From contig MU271396.1 of NCBI GenBank assembly GCA_021432655.1, forward strand, positions 32,102 through 74,473: 42,372 nucleotides of DNA, written 5' to 3'. This DNA comes from Atractiella rhizophila. Its lineage: Eukaryota. Positions 11,833 through 24,962 of this stretch are shown here, one piece after another. The notes under the pieces are model-generated. The model had not been told where the DNA came from, ran no database searches, and was given only the letters and a program-made list of their open reading frames with translations. Numbering within the stretch: the first letter of the stretch is position 1; the number at the start of each line of letters is the position of its first letter. The position numbers were made by a program, and so were the translations under genes.

Positions 11833-13314
11833 ATGCCAACTCTGCTGTCACTGCCGACAGAGCTGCTCCACGCAATCATATCCCAAGTCCTCCTCTTCCC
11901 AGAGACATGGCATATTGGCTCCTCCTCCCTCCTCCGTCCCTCTTTCGACACCCTCCTCTCCCTCTCAGTCGTGTCCAAATACCTCAGAGCGCTCTCCACG
12001 CCGTACATCTTCAAGTCGCTGATTCTCTCTCCGGACGCGTACGGCCTTCGAAGGAACCATTGCACCTACCTCGAACCGCTCCAAGAGACCTATAACGTCG
12101 CCATGGACCTTGTACAGCAGCTCAAGGTCGACATCGTCGTCGATCGCTTCGTCGCCAACAAGAAAAAATGGGCTGCTACCACGATGGAGAGGAAGATGGC
12201 ATCGATAGCGAAGGAGGGGCATGGGAGGAGAATGCCGATGCCCATCCCGATGCAGGAGGTTCATTCGTTCGGGAGGCATGCGAGCGTGCTGGAGGCACCG
12301 GATAGGGAGGAGATGGAATATCTAACGAGATGCTTGGACGATCTCGCCTCGTCATCTGGGAGGAAGTTGAAGGATCTGAAGATCTCCGTCAAGAACTATC
12401 GATGTCGACTACACCCTTCTTTTCCACAGTATTTTGGCCTTGCCGTGCGCAGATTGGAGCGGTTCCGATTCATCGAGAGCTTGGAATTGAACTTACCCGC
12501 TGCGCTCAGGGAAGAAGCGGGAGGGATCCTCTTGGCCTTAAAAGGGAATCTGAAGGAGCTCAAACTGGCAATTGGCAGCGAAGCCACCTTGCCAGTGCTA
12601 TCCAAGATGGACAAGCTTCGGAAACTCGACCTCCTCCTCGCTTCTGACGTCCAACCTTCCTCTTCCTCGACATTTCAACACTTAGAAGAAACAATGCAAG
12701 ACTTCAAAGCGCTTGAAGACCTTCACATCCATTCCGAGGACGCACCCATGCCCTACTCCGGAGCGCGAACCTCCAGCAGTTCCGATGACGAGGGACTGCC
12801 CTTCCTGTTAGATTTTGAGATTCTGCGGGTTGTTCTCGAGAAGTCACGGACAACACTTCGGGTCTTGACGATTGAAGAATGCGTCCTCGTTTTTCCTCTC
12901 TCCGCTGATCCAGACGTCGACAATTCCAGCACATCGATCGATCCCATCCGCTTCACTAAGCTCCAAGTTCTGGAACTCCACCTGGGAGCCAACATTGTAT
13001 TCTCTCCTCCTCCCCCGCCTTCTTTTTCCCCTTCCATCTACCACCATCTCCTCTGCGCCTTCGCCATCGCCCCTCTCCAGACTCTCAAGATCTGTAGCAA
13101 CACGACAGAGAGTGATATGGCCATCTGGGAACCTCTGCGGATGGACGCCGAAGGAGGAGGAAACGGACGGTGGAAGGCTTTGAGGGAGATAAGGGCGAGG
13201 AAGGGAGTGGTAGAGGAGTTAGAAGAGGGAGGAGGGAGGGAAGGAAGGAGAGGTAGAGAGTGGAGAGCCGCTTGTGGAGTCGAACTCGGGGTGGGCAAGT
13301 TTACTGTTTGGTGA
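11833..13314 (+). CDS. F-box-like / LRR-like protein, single exon
   Basis: ATG at 11833. N-terminal LLSLPTELLHAII F-box-like motif, then Leu-rich LxxLxL repeats (LKELKL, LRKLDL, LEDLHI, LRVLTI, LQVLEL, LQTLKI). TATAAAA at ~11746. Confidence 0.7.
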   Translation: MPTLLSLPTELLHAIISQVLLFPETWHIGSSSLLRPSFDTLLSLSVVSKYLRALSTPYIFKSLILSPDAYGLRRNHCTYLEPLQETYNVAMDLVQQLKVDIVVDRFVANKKKWAATTMERKMASIAKEGHGRRMPMPIPMQEVHSFGRHASVLEAPDREEMEYLTRCLDDLASSSGRKLKDLKISVKNYRCRLHPSFPQYFGLAVRRLERFRFIESLELNLPAALREEAGGILLALKGNLKELKLAIGSEATLPVLSKMDKLRKLDLLLASDVQPSSSSTFQHLEETMQDFKALEDLHIHSEDAPMPYSGARTSSSSDDEGLPFLLDFEILRVVLEKSRTTLRVLTIEECVLVFPLSADPDVDNSSTSIDPIRFTKLQVLELHLGANIVFSPPPPPSFSPSIYHHLLCAFAIAPLQTLKICSNTTESDMAIWEPLRMDAEGGGNGRWKALREIRARKGVVEELEEGGGREGRRGREWRAACGVELGVGKFTVW

Positions 13315-13822
13315 TACACCCCCCTTCGAGTGAGCTTCTCCAGACTCCTGCTTCTTCTTGTTTTGAAGGTTGAAGTGTACTGATGCTAGCTCGTAAAGAC
13401 GATAGATCATTGCTAGAATACACGGACCCAACACTTGGAATCATCTCATTACATTGTCACTGCTCATTTCTTCATTATGTCTTACGTTCACGTCCAAGTT
13501 CCGTCAAATATAGTTCCCAAATGGTGTTGTAGGATTAGCCTAATTCACAGGGGAAGGATTTTCAAAAATGTATCTGTTTTCCTTGTAATCACTCTATTCC
13601 GCTTTTGTAGAGTAACGTCACGACCCTTCTGTTTCAACTTCAAAGGTCTTCATTTTGCCGCCTCGTTCATCCCATTGCCAGTGATGGAGGAAAGGAAAAG
13701 TCGTGTTTGCAAATTACCTTACTACGCTTTAATATACTAACAGACGTATATACAACCAAATCAATACGGTTCTTCGTGTTTCCTTGTAATATCCACAAAA
13801 AAACCGAGTGAGAAAGGAGGGA

Positions 13823-15577
13823 TCATCTCCTCAGACTAGCAAAACGTCTCAACCAGTTTCCTCCTTCTCTGTTTCCATCGGGCTTGCCGCGAACACCCTC
13901 AACAGCGTGCTCAGATGCACTCCTACCCCTCTTCCTCAGCGTCCCCTTCCTCTTAATCTCATTCGACCTTCTAATTCTTGCCCCTGTCTCCTCTCCCAAG
14001 CCAGCGTCTGGTGCGAACATGTCTTCACCACCACTCTCCGCTCTCTCTTCGAATCGCACCTCTTCCTTCACGTTCTTTCTTGAGTTGGATCTACCCCGTT
14101 CCTCTGCTTCATCCATCGCTCGCATTTCCTCTGTCGTCAGCGGTGGCGTTTTGATCCGAGGAATCACGGGGGGAGGACGGTCTTGTATAGTATGCGGAGG
14201 GGAAGGAAGGGGTAGTGGAGGGGGAGATGAGCGACGCTGTTGGATGTTGTGTCTCCAAGTGTCGAGGGCGTGAAAAGACGATAAGGCTGAGGCGGCGGGA
14301 ATCATTGGCGGGCGTGGTGGAATGGGAGAGTTGGGCTCGGAAGGCAAAAGGACGGTGGATGGAAAGGCAGGGGAGGAGTTCGAGTGGTGCGGAAGGGGAG
14401 GGCGAGGTCGTGGTGCTCGATTGGAGCCTGTCGAGCGCGAGCGGAAGATGATCGGGAAGTGGGGGTTGAATCTGTACCGCTCAAGTGAGTGTGGTGGTCT
14501 CCTATCCGCACGAGTTAGATATTTTTCAGAAAAAAACAAGCTGGCGCACGATCGATGTCCTCCCTTCGGCCGTGCATCCATCAGACTGTCGAAACTCCTC
14601 CTCCTCTGCTCCGTAGGCTGCTCTACAGGTTGATTTCCAGGTCCATTCTCTGCTATAGGGATCGTAAAGTCGTCCTTGACGAACACTGCTCCTTTCTCAA
14701 AGGGGAACTGGATCCTCTCTCTCTCCCGTAACTTCTCCCAGCTCTTCTTTCGCAACTTCTTACCGCCTTCCGCGACATTTTCCTTGTCCACCTCTCCCGC
14801 CAACGCAACCTCGCTTTTATTCGACATTGTCACACCTAAACTTGCGATGGCTGTCTTCGCAGCATCCACTGATCCCACTTTCCCGTGCTTCAGTACACGT
14901 GCAGGAGAGTCGATGAGCTGCCACCCATAGCTGCGATGTCGAATGTCCGTCGGTTTCTTCATGAGCTTTCCATCCTCTTTCTCTCTCTCTCGCTTTTTCT
15001 CCCTGGCCTCCTTTGCCTTCTCCACACCTGTTATTACTCTCCCCCACTCACGAGAAAAAGCCAGGACGCCACCATTCGGAGCTGAAGGATGAGATTTGTT
15101 CTCTGGCGCAAGGGACCCACCGTTTGGAGCAGAGGGTTTCATCTCTTCAACTCTTTGCTTTGGTGGAAGAGGAGGTTCTTTCACTGGTACAGGTGCAACT
15201 GGAGCAACGGTTGAGATAGACAGGACACGACGAGATCTCATGTCGTCTGCGGCGTTAGAGACGGTTACTGGGAGTGTAGGTGGAGGTCTCGGGACAGGTC
15301 CAGAGGGAAAAGCGCCTGGCAGGCGAAATGATACAGGTGGTACTGTTGCTGCGTTGATTATTATAGGTGGAATGCTGACGGATGGGGATGTCAGAGATGC
15401 AGGTGCTGTTTCTGAGATGATCCCGGTTATTGGGGGCTGGCTTGAACCTGCTAGATAGAAAGGAACGGGAGAAGAACTGCGTTGCGTTGAATCGTCATCC
15501 CATCCTGTGGCGAGTAGTATGAAATGTCACCACCCATGATGTAAAATAGCAAACAGCTTACCTTCCTGGTCCCACAT
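13823..15577 (-). CDS. Hypothetical Pro/Ser-rich, probably disordered protein
   Basis: The 472-aa ORF extends upstream in frame to 15504. A GTAAGC...CAG intron (15561-15505) joins a 16-nt first exon with ATG at 15577. A further in-frame intron near 14500-14550 is possible. Confidence 0.65.
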
Positions 15578-16636
15578 TCTAATGAGGAGGATGATTCAAT
15601 CCGATTGCAAAGGTTAGAGAGGAGAGTTGAAATAGATTAAGGGAAGCGATCCTAAGATTTACAATCAGCATTTGTTTTGGACGATAGCGACTCCCCAACC
15701 GTCTAAATGGAGTAATGAAGGATAGATATTCAGTCAATTCCCAGCTTATGAGGCATGGGTAAAATATTTCGCAAGTTCAATATGGTCAGACCGTTGCCGT
15801 GTTTAAATGTCAGTAATGTCAAGAACGTAAACGCCTAAATAAGATCCCGCCTGGGGGCCAGAACAGACAGGCTGCTTTTGATACTGAAAGCCATCCTCGT
15901 GGAAGTGCACATATTACACATCAGCAGCAAATGGCAGAATAGATTGAGTAGATTACTCCTCCAATGGTAGTCTTGATTGTCAAGCATTCGGAGATATCGA
16001 TAGCATTATCACTTCATTACGAAAACGGTAGATTCCATGGATTAAATCAATGGTGGCATTGGGAAGGGTTCTTCTCGCCGTGTTGATTAGCAGCACCGTG
16101 AGTAAGATATATCTGCCTAAGCACAACTAAGATCTCAGCTACCACTACTTTGTTAGGTGCTCAAAGGGTCAAAAGCTTTCGATACTTTGCGGACGGACGC
16201 GAATTTTCAGCGAAGAGAGAAGTTTTGCCACCTACCGTGACCACCGTACATCTGTCGAAAGGACCAGCCTATCACCTATCAGATTATCACCCTTCCTTCC
16301 CTTCGACCACTTCGACTTCTCAGCTTGAACTGTCCTTAATAGTAGCTCCTTCTTGTCAACGTCACTGTTACAGTGTTACAATTGAGTGTAGTGTGATTTT
16401 AATTTAGCTCATTAAGCGCACAAGGGCAAAGTTACGTTGTAGTTCTTCATTGCATTCCATGATCTTGTACCTACCTTGACTTCTCTTGTGCCTACCTTGC
16501 TTCCTGCCCTGGGACGGGCAGATATATGGGGTAGTGTAGATCTATTCAATCTATCCTAGACCTGTCTTCATTTCACCAGCTTCGCACAAGTCATCCTCCA
16601 GGGGTCTGTCCGGCCTATGTCGTGGCATTACTGGAG

Positions 16637-17431
16637 TCAGAGTCTGAACAACCAAGGGACGCATCCCACGCACCTCACGTGCAGCACAATTGAAGGTGGC
16701 CGCTTGGGGCCGAAGAGTTTGCTACCCATTTCGCGCGGAGTCCACCAGTAGGTGGGAAATGTGCGCTGAATGTTATTGACGATGAGAGCGATGAAGAGCA
16801 TGGTCGTCGTTCCCACAAGGACGTATGGTAACAAAATCCAACCCAATGCTTCGACGTTCGGATCAATCGAAGCAAGGAGTGCGGTCGCTCCGCCAGGTGG
16901 ATGGGACGTATTGGTGAACGCCATCACGCTGGAGGCGAGACCGACTGAAAGTGCTCCGGAGAGCCATTTCAACTCTTCGAAGTTGCTGCTGTATTTGAAC
17001 AGCTTCGTGACGCAGATGCCACACACAGCGGCGACCAGGTGGCCAAAGACACAGTTCCGTGGTTGACCGAGTGGGGAACTGATCACGCCGTATTCGAGAA
17101 TGGCGGATGCACCCTGAATTGCTGTCAGGAAGGTGTATGTGCAATTGTATGGAAAGCATACGAAACTAGCAATGATGATTGGAGGGGGCTGACTGTATGT
17201 GAAGATTCCGCTGTACTTGAAAATGGCGGCTACGGCGGCAATCCCACAGAATGCTCCAAAGAAGGACCACCACCAGACAAACACATTTCCCACCTCTTTT
17301 GGCTTCGTTTCTCTATAACCAAGGAACCTCGACAAAGCGGGTGGCAAGCGATGTATTTGAGATGGAGGGAGCCATGGATTGATGTAATCGTCGATATCGA
17401 AATTCAAGTCCTGGATCTTTGAAAATGTCAT
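16637..17431 (-). CDS. HPP family integral membrane protein
   Basis: ASFGASAIL (after removing the 48-nt in-frame intron 17161-17114), SPLGQPRN, GH, TNTSHPPGGATAL and NNIQRTFPTYWW: the typical fungal HPP-family pattern. The exact 3' end is uncertain. Confidence 0.9.
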   Translation of the reverse strand: MTFSKIQDLNFDIDDYINPWLPPSQIHRLPPALSRFLGYRETKPKEVGNVFVWWWSFFGAFCGIAAVAAIFKYSGIFTYSQPPPIIIASFVCFPYNCTYTFLTAIQGASAILEYGVISSPLGQPRNCVFGHLVAAVCGICVTKLFKYSSNFEELKWLSGALSVGLASSVMAFTNTSHPPGGATALLASIDPNVEALGWILLPYVLVGTTTMLFIALIVNNIQRTFPTYWWTPREMGSKLFGPKRPPSIVLHVRCVGCVPWLFRL

Positions 17432-18754
17432 GCCTACCTGCTAGGGAATTGAGCAAGCAAACGATAGCTGTATTGACACTTGAGGACCGTCTACTATGTC
17501 TACTCGTCTAACTTGGTGTAACTTCTTTGAACGAACTTCAGCGAGCGAAGCTGGAGGAGTTCTTGAGCTTCCTATTAGGTCATCAGACTGCTTGATGACG
17601 GTTGATGACACACATCTATGCTCGAATCGAAGAGCATTGCCGAATTTCACGCAAAATTCGTTGTTCCCTGTTCTTCCAGACCGAAGATGGCAAGGACCGA
17701 AGCTTTACCGCTTCCACAGTTCATTTATGCCGAATGCAAAAGTCACACATCCATGTATTACCCTAGAGAGCTGAAAATTGAATGTTGAATGTGAAGCTGA
17801 AGGGGGTAGAAAGGATGGCCGCGTTTGGCGAAGGCAATTGTTCGAGATTCGCTAGAACCATGCACTGAATAAAACTTCCAGAGCTCACAGTCAATGGTCG
17901 AGCAACCAAAGCCATCTAGCCTTAGTAGACTCGCTCTGTAAATCAACAATCAACTACTGAGTGAAGAATGGTCGTGATAGGAAAAAAACACCATTTTTGT
18001 AGGAATCTGGGTAAAGACGCAACTTTTCACGCAAGACTAGCAGAGATATGAATTACATTGATCGGTTCAAGATTCAGTTACCAGTGACGGTTTGTTGTCG
18101 AAGCTGCTCAGCCAGATGGCAGATGGGTCCAATCGCTGACCAGTCACAACTTTCTCCTGCGCTGGAGCATTCAGAGTAACTTAGTCCCTAGCTCGAATAC
18201 TTATAGCTAGGAATTTGATCAAGTTAGAGAGCGGAACGGTATAAGGTGTGCCCGTTTCGTTCGGGGGGCAGTAGAACGTCACCTTTGAGACTCTCACCTG
18301 AAACTGAGCCCACTTCTCCGGTCAATCGAGGTTAGTCAGGCTGTAACGTATTCTTTTGGCCGCTTCTGTTGTCGCCTAGAGCCTTAATACGCGTGTCACG
18401 CATCGACTCAGAAAGTTACTACTGTGATTGCTTGAGATTTCAATACATGGATAGACACAACAGGGAAGCGAGAGCTTAGCCAGCCCGCCAAGCATTTCAG
18501 GCATTGTTACATTTAGACGCAATTTGTAGACTCCGAACAAAGTAAGAAACAGAGGATTGTATAAGCTATTTAGGATACAAGAAAGAGATTTAAATCAGTT
18601 GTCCGTTTTATGATCTAAATGAAACTTTTTCTGAAAATGCATTGTTGGAAAATCAAGTCCATCAGTGATTGCATGAAGGAGGAATGAAGATCACGTCTCC
18701 AAGTGTAGCCAAAGTAGTGACGCTCCTTGTCATGTTTTCGCTTGAGTAGTGGAA

Positions 18755-19004
18755 TTAAATCGCACCTGGTTCCATCGTTCGTTGTCTGAGCAGAAGAGAT
18801 GGGCGAAAGAACACACGGGCTAGCAATCCAGCAAGAACCGTCAACATCATTTCTGCGGGGAGAAGGTATTCCACTCCATTCATTTCGATTATGTACCCCC
18901 CCTCTGATTTTGTCTACAAAATGCAGCATTAATAGTGAGTGAGAGAAAGCTGATAGGAACCATACAACGATTGTCCACTTGCTCGGGTCTGTGGATGCTT
19001 CCAT
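18755..19004 (-). CDS. Microprotein family copy B (48 aa): MEASTDPSKWTIV|TKSEGGYIIEMNGVEYLLPAEMMLTVLAGLLA|RAI
   Basis: Exons 19004-18966, 18913-18817 (97 nt), 18765-18755. GT-AG introns of 52 and 51 nt. TATAAAA at 19086-19080. Confidence 0.85.
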
Positions 19005-22000
19005 GCTACTTGACAGTCCTAGTGCAATGAGGCTGAGTATCTGTGAGGTTTGACGACAATGGATGGGAATAGTCTTGGCTTTTATAGAGCTTATGATTCT
19101 GGTAGAGCTTGCAGATACTTTCATCGCTCACTTGATCGCTCATCCATGGTTTGGGCAAACGGCCTAGAAGTCCGAAAATCAAAGACGAGGGGAACGAGAA
19201 GAACGAGGGCTATAGTGTGGTTACCAAAGGGAACGAAAAGGTCTGTCAACCAGATCGACATCAATCATCCTATATCGCGACGGTGCCGGCACTCCATCTT
19301 TCCAGCACTATTACATTGAAGATCGTTTCGGTCCGTCGCTCCCGATTAATGTCGACTAACACTCCTGGCCTTAGTTCGATCCATCCCTATCTCGTGGCCA
19401 TCGTAATCGAAGGAACAAGACAATTTCGGACAGAGCAAGGTCATCAAAATTAAAAGTTAGCACTCTGAAGTTGCGGTGATTGTCAGGCTTTCCTCCGAGG
19501 ACAGAAGTTACAGCACAGGCGGTTGAACAGAAGGTCAGTTTCATCAAGTCTTTCACTACGTAAGTCTCTTCATCATACCCATTGCATCTGATCTGCCCAG
19601 GATTCAACATACTGCAGCTTTCATTGGAGGAGAATAAAGCAGGCAAATGTAAGTCCTTTGGTGAGTCAACGTCGAGTATTCTTCCCCTTACAAGCCCAAT
19701 CGAGCGACGTGGAGCGCGATTGAACCAGATTGAGCCACCGCACAGACCAGGAGCCAGACGGACTAACAGACAAAGTGCTATCGATACTGAGCTTGAATAC
19801 AGGCAGCAGTCCCCGCGGCTCCGTGGCCCCGTACCTTGACTTGACGGGGACTTCGCTGGTCGCACCTCATACACTCAGACAGCAATGAACAATGAGTTCA
19901 AACTGACTCCATGAAGATGTTGACGATACCCGCTTAACCCAGAATTTGCGCCTGGAATAGAGAATGAGACGAATATGGATTGCGTGTCGCTTTTCATTAG
20001 CTTTTAGGCATACCCTCATTGCAGGGTGTCAATGTTCACAACTTCTCGTAGTATTGCTCGGGGAGTTTCCAAGACGTGCTCCCTTGCAACCGCACACCTT
20101 CAACCCCGTTTCCAACTAGTAACCTACACGGGGACAAGTGTTCGCGGAGAGGGGAGGGGGTACATTGGTCCACTACCAAACTCCGACCCGGACTCTCCGT
20201 CTTGAAGCCTCTCTCGACACTCTCGACACCAAACTCAATCAGGGAGAGCCAAACTCACTCGACAATCGCACCTTATTCCCATGTGATCACCTTGTCCCTT
20301 CACTCGAGACACTCCACCGGTGACCCGCGAATCCGCCAATCTTACACTTTATCTGTCTTACACAGCCACTCCCCAGTACGACCATGGTCACGGGGGTCAC
20401 AGGCTTTGCCCGGTTGTTGGAATATTGAACAGCTTCAAGTTAGCCGCCTACCCTTGACCGTAACCACCGAGGGACTTGCACCTCCTCACCAGTTCCTTTA
20501 TCGCAGGCTGAGGAAGTATAGGAACGCGATGTAGAGAATCGTTGTTGATCCTAAAGTCTAAATACCGAAAAATCTCCGCTAAAGGCGACAAGATTCAAGT
20601 ATTCTGCAATGCAAAAGGATCTTGGGCATTTAAAGACCATCTAGTTCAACGTCATTCATCTCAAGAGGCGACTACAAGCTCCTTCATGCTTTGGGTGAAC
20701 TTGCATCCCCATTACTCGAGTAAGCTTACTAAGTCTCAGAGATGGTTTGTGTGCCTTTGTAGCATGGATAAGTTCTTAATCTTCTCGGGTTCGGCGGGAT
20801 CGCAAGCAAAGCGATGATCAACGCGCCGAACGACGGTATAGTATACACGATCCGAATTTACATACGCACTGTGAACGTGCTGATGCCCTTGGACTTCGTC
20901 CACATTCCCCAGGCCAAGCGGGAGCCGCTACAATCAACGGGTGTCAGTATGAAGAGGATCTGGCTGAAGGAATCAAGTGCTGTTTTTCAGAGAGCGGGGA
21001 ACCTATTTATGGCCCCGAGACACCACGTAGCAGTTACACCGTGAGTATTCCCCTACATGTAGTAATGATAATGGTCTCTAAGCACAAAGGATAATTCTTC
21101 AAAATATCCATACCTTTCCTGACTTGGGCAGATGGGGTTGAATCAGACAGGCTTTGTTATTATTAATTCTGCAACACAATCCACGGTCTAATGACCTGAA
21201 ACGAAATTTGATTTGATATTTAATCATTTAGCTATAGTTTGTCAATTCCAGTTTTGCTGTTTCGCAGCTCAGGCGTCTCCGAAAACCGCGTTGTCAGAAG
21301 TCTTAGAAAGCTGGAAGCTTCAAGCTTCAGGTTTATGGTTAAGAGGAAGAAGTTGGCATGGACATGTCCGGATTCACCGACAGGAATGTCGTGAACGGGA
21401 GAAAAAGCACATGTCATCGGCAGAGAAAAAGTAGATGGGGCACACCGTCCCTAATTCGTTTAGTGCTCATTATTTAATCATCAATCAATAGATATTACTT
21501 GGCAGCAACGTGACGGCGTGCCCATTCTAGGATCGACGTGTTCGTCAGGTGCCGTCTTTCCAGAATTTTACACAGCAGAGCAAGTCGACGCGTTACACGA
21601 TCTATTGGACGAGAATTGAGCCGTACAATGTCATTTCTTCGGAGAGGTTAACGTCGTGCCGGATCAATACCGGTTGATGTGACGATATAGAGTAGGCCGG
21701 TTCGAATCAATTCCATGGGCAGGCTCTCGTTCGAGCGACCGGCTTGGGCTGGAGGTACCAAAACCGGATTATTAAATGAAATGCCTCCTCGAGAGTACAT
21801 CGACGACGGTTGCCATTATCTGGGGGTCAAAGCGCTGACTAATGTTATGAATGGAGTATAGAAAAGCGTCAAGGTTATAGCGAAATAAAGGCAGAGGGGA
21901 CTAAGTTTCTCATTGATAATGGAGTGCATGCTGTCCTGTTGGAATTCAAATACTCAAACTGTTGAAAACAGGTGCGATTACTTTGCTTGTACGACAACGA

Positions 22001-22309
22001 ACTATATGTAACCATTCTCGCAACTGGTGTCAAGAAAAATGAACGTACAATCATCGAAAGTGCGAGACAACACAGCGCAACAACACCATCTCCAACGAGC
22101 AATGAGAGAGCACACCTGTGCACTTAGTATCCACTTCCCGTCTAATCCCTCCAATTGCCTCTACGTCTCCAATAACATACCTCCCCCATCGGTAGACAAG
22201 GTAAATCAACGCATATCAACTTGGCTTCCGCTGTGACCCTAATGCACAAACCCTACTTCGTCCCTCTCAAAAACGGCGACGGAAGGTAGGAGGTCTGGTC
22301 AAGATCAAG

Positions 22310-24553
22310 ATGTCTTTTTACTGTGCTTGTAGGCCTTTTTGTGCTCGCATTACTCAGTGCTGACGAACGCAACGTGATAGTATCCGGCGAACCAGCTCAG
22401 AACCCCGTCATAGTGCCCCAAAGCGGCTACGTCTTTGAGAGGAGTTTATTGGAGAAATACTTCGCGGAGCATGGAGAGAAGGACCCTATCACAGATGCCG
22501 CAGTCGAGGGGGGAATTGGAGGAATTGTGGTCGTGAAAAGAGGTGGGTGACGCGTTTTTCTGGTCGGAATGGTGTTGCTCCTATTCCGTTGTGTTGGACG
22601 AAGGTTGCTCTTTTCCTCTCTAGCATGAAACTCCTGTTTCCTTGAATTTTACGAGGCGAAACAGGCGTGTCATGTTGGAAAATAATAATTGCCACCTTTT
22701 AGAACCAACCTGTACTATTCTGATGGAACGAGGTGATGATGATACTGCCAAAACAAAATCGACTAGAAGGCTGATTATGACTTCTGATTCTACTATGTTT
22801 ATCTGAACCTCTTCCTTGAGCGACTATGTTGTCCATTCTCGAAATCTTGCCTCATGAATTTACCTGACAACTGACTTGCTACAGCACCTTCAAACCTCAA
22901 AATCTCGGCACCAAACACCGCACCGCGTCCTCCGTCTCTCACATCTATTCCTTCTCTCCTTCACACATTACAGTCGGAATGGGACGGTGTGATGCTTGAA
23001 TGTGCCGAGCTTCGGAAAGTAGCCAACCAGCTCCGGTTAGTCCTGCTCCTGTCATCGGCAAATGGGTGAGAGTTTGACCAATGGGTGGATGCAACAGGCA
23101 AGACCTTAGTCTGGCGCTTTATAAAGAGGATGCCGCCATGCGCGTACTTGCGAGGGTAGTGAGAGAGAGGGATGAGGCTAGAGAGTACGTCGTACATTTC
23201 GTTCAGGGTTATTGCATGCTGACGACTAAATAGTGCTCTCAACAACATTACCTCTACTCTCGGCGTTTCAGGGCAGACGAACGGATCTGCGGCAGCAGCA
23301 GGAGGAGATGTTGAGATGGAAGATGCGTCTACAGAGGCCGGACCACTCGGGGCTGAGGCAGAGGGACGCATCGAAGCTGCTCATCAAAGCCTTATCAAGA
23401 CCAGGAAAGCGCTCAAGCCGCCATCCTCCAAGTTCACCGACGCCGTGAAGTTGAAGCCCGTCACCGCAGAGGAGGTCAAGACTTTTGAACAGGTTCAGGT
23501 GGTAGGCAGTCTTCACGGAAGCAAGAAGGACGAGGTGGGCATCAGCGCCGTCGCTACTTGGGGTGCGGGAGGCTTGAATGGCGCTGAAGAGGGGAAGGAG
23601 GATGGCGGAATCCTTGCTACTGGAGGGTACGCATTCACTTCATTCTCATTCTTACCCTGGGCTCATGGTGTGTTGTCAAAAGAAACGACAAAGTGGTACA
23701 GGTCTACGACCGGACGAACGACAAGGTTCTAGCAACTCTCAAAGGGCACACCAAACCCATCACTTCCATCGTCCTCTCTCCCATCTCCCGTACCTCAGGC
23801 GAGCTTTCCATCCCCACGTTCCTCGCCTCCTCCTCATCCGACAAAACCGTCCGGCTCTGGACACCAACCGAATCCGCATCCGCTAAATCCCTTTACAAGA
23901 GCTGGACGACGCTTTCAGGGGTGCACGACGGCTCAGTAACTGGCCTCTCGCTGCATCCCTCCAACACTCTCCTCGCTTCCGCAGCCTCCGATGGGACGTG
24001 GGCCATTCACGACCTCGCTGGAGATGGAGTGAAGACGCTCTTCACCCACTCCTCATCGTCGGGCAGCGAGATTCCTTCCGGCGTCGGCTTCACCAGCACG
24101 GCTTTCCATCCTGACGGTGCCCTGATAGGTGTAGGAGGGAGCGATGGAGCGTTGCGAATCTGGGATCCGCGTCGGAGGATGATGAGCGCGATTTTCGAGT
24201 CGAAAGATGGAGCGGTGAAGACTGTAGGCTTCAGCGAGAACGGCTTCCTCCTTGCGGTGGGCTACGAGAGCGAAGTGGTGAAGGTTTGGGATCTGAGGAA
24301 GTCGGAGGTATCGAAGGATTTCGGAGCGGTTGGATTGGGAGAGGTGAAGACCGTCGGTTGGGACCCGAGCGCGAGTTGGCTTAGCGTCGTGGGAGAGAAG
24401 GGATTCGGGTTGTGGGCTAACAAGACTTGGGCGGAGGGCACTACTGTTCAGGTAGAAGGAGGCATCAGCGGTGCAGGGTGGACGAGGGATGGAAGGAATA
24501 TCGTCACCGGTGGCAAGGACAGGTGTCTTCGCGTCTTTGGTGTTAAGGCTTAG
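22310..24553 (+). CDS. PRP19: Pre-mRNA-processing factor 19 (U-box E3 ligase, coiled coil, WD40)
   Basis: Spliced translation gives MSFYCALSGEPAQNPV...SGYVFERSLLEKY...KDPIT (U-box) and PRPPSLTSIPSLLHTLQSEWDGVMLE...QDLSLALYKEDAAMRVLARVVRERDEAR (Prp19 domain), followed by WD40 repeats. About five introns, including 22329-22380 and 22543-22884. Confidence 0.95.
22725..22815 (+). ncRNA. Candidate intronic box C/D snoRNA in PRP19 intron 2
   Basis: Box C ATGATGA 22736-22742, D' CTGA 22771-22774, box D CTGA 22803-22806. Closed by the terminal stem GGAA(C)GAGGT / ACCTCTTCC. Lies ~70 nt from the 3' splice site of a 342-nt intron. Confidence 0.7.
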
Positions 24554-24962
24554 TAGATCCTAGACTGGCGAGTTGTGGTCAAAAGTAACTAGGACATAAT
24601 TTTGCTAGCTTATGGAATTCAAGCCTTCCGATATTGTTATCTGTAAAAAGCTCTGAACCAGCGAGTTACATTCAACTCAACTTGAAGTAAGGAAGTGGCA
24701 ATTGTACTGATACATTTCAGAGATTAAAGAGGACGATGGGAGCGTTGCAGCAGCCTTATATTGCGAGAGAGTAGTCCTTAAAACAGGTGTAAAAGGTTGT
24801 CTTACGCATACAGTTGAGTCGCTGAAGAAAATGATGCAGGAGAGGTGTTCTAGTATGTGAATGATTGATCAGATTTCTAAGGAAACGGCGCACCGTGATA
24901 CGATTGAAAGATTGCAAATGATTGAAGCGTACTAAATATGATAGAAAGTGACAGGAGCACCA

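Noticed and set aside
18615..19124. 169-aa minus-strand ORF as a real protein
   Set aside because: It is a chance read-through across the exons and introns of microprotein copy B; only MEASTDPSKWTIV is in the true frame.
19150..19900. Possible spliced gene on the + strand (GTAAGT donors at ~19560 and ~19650)
   Set aside because: No coherent ORF could be assembled and no motif was recognised.
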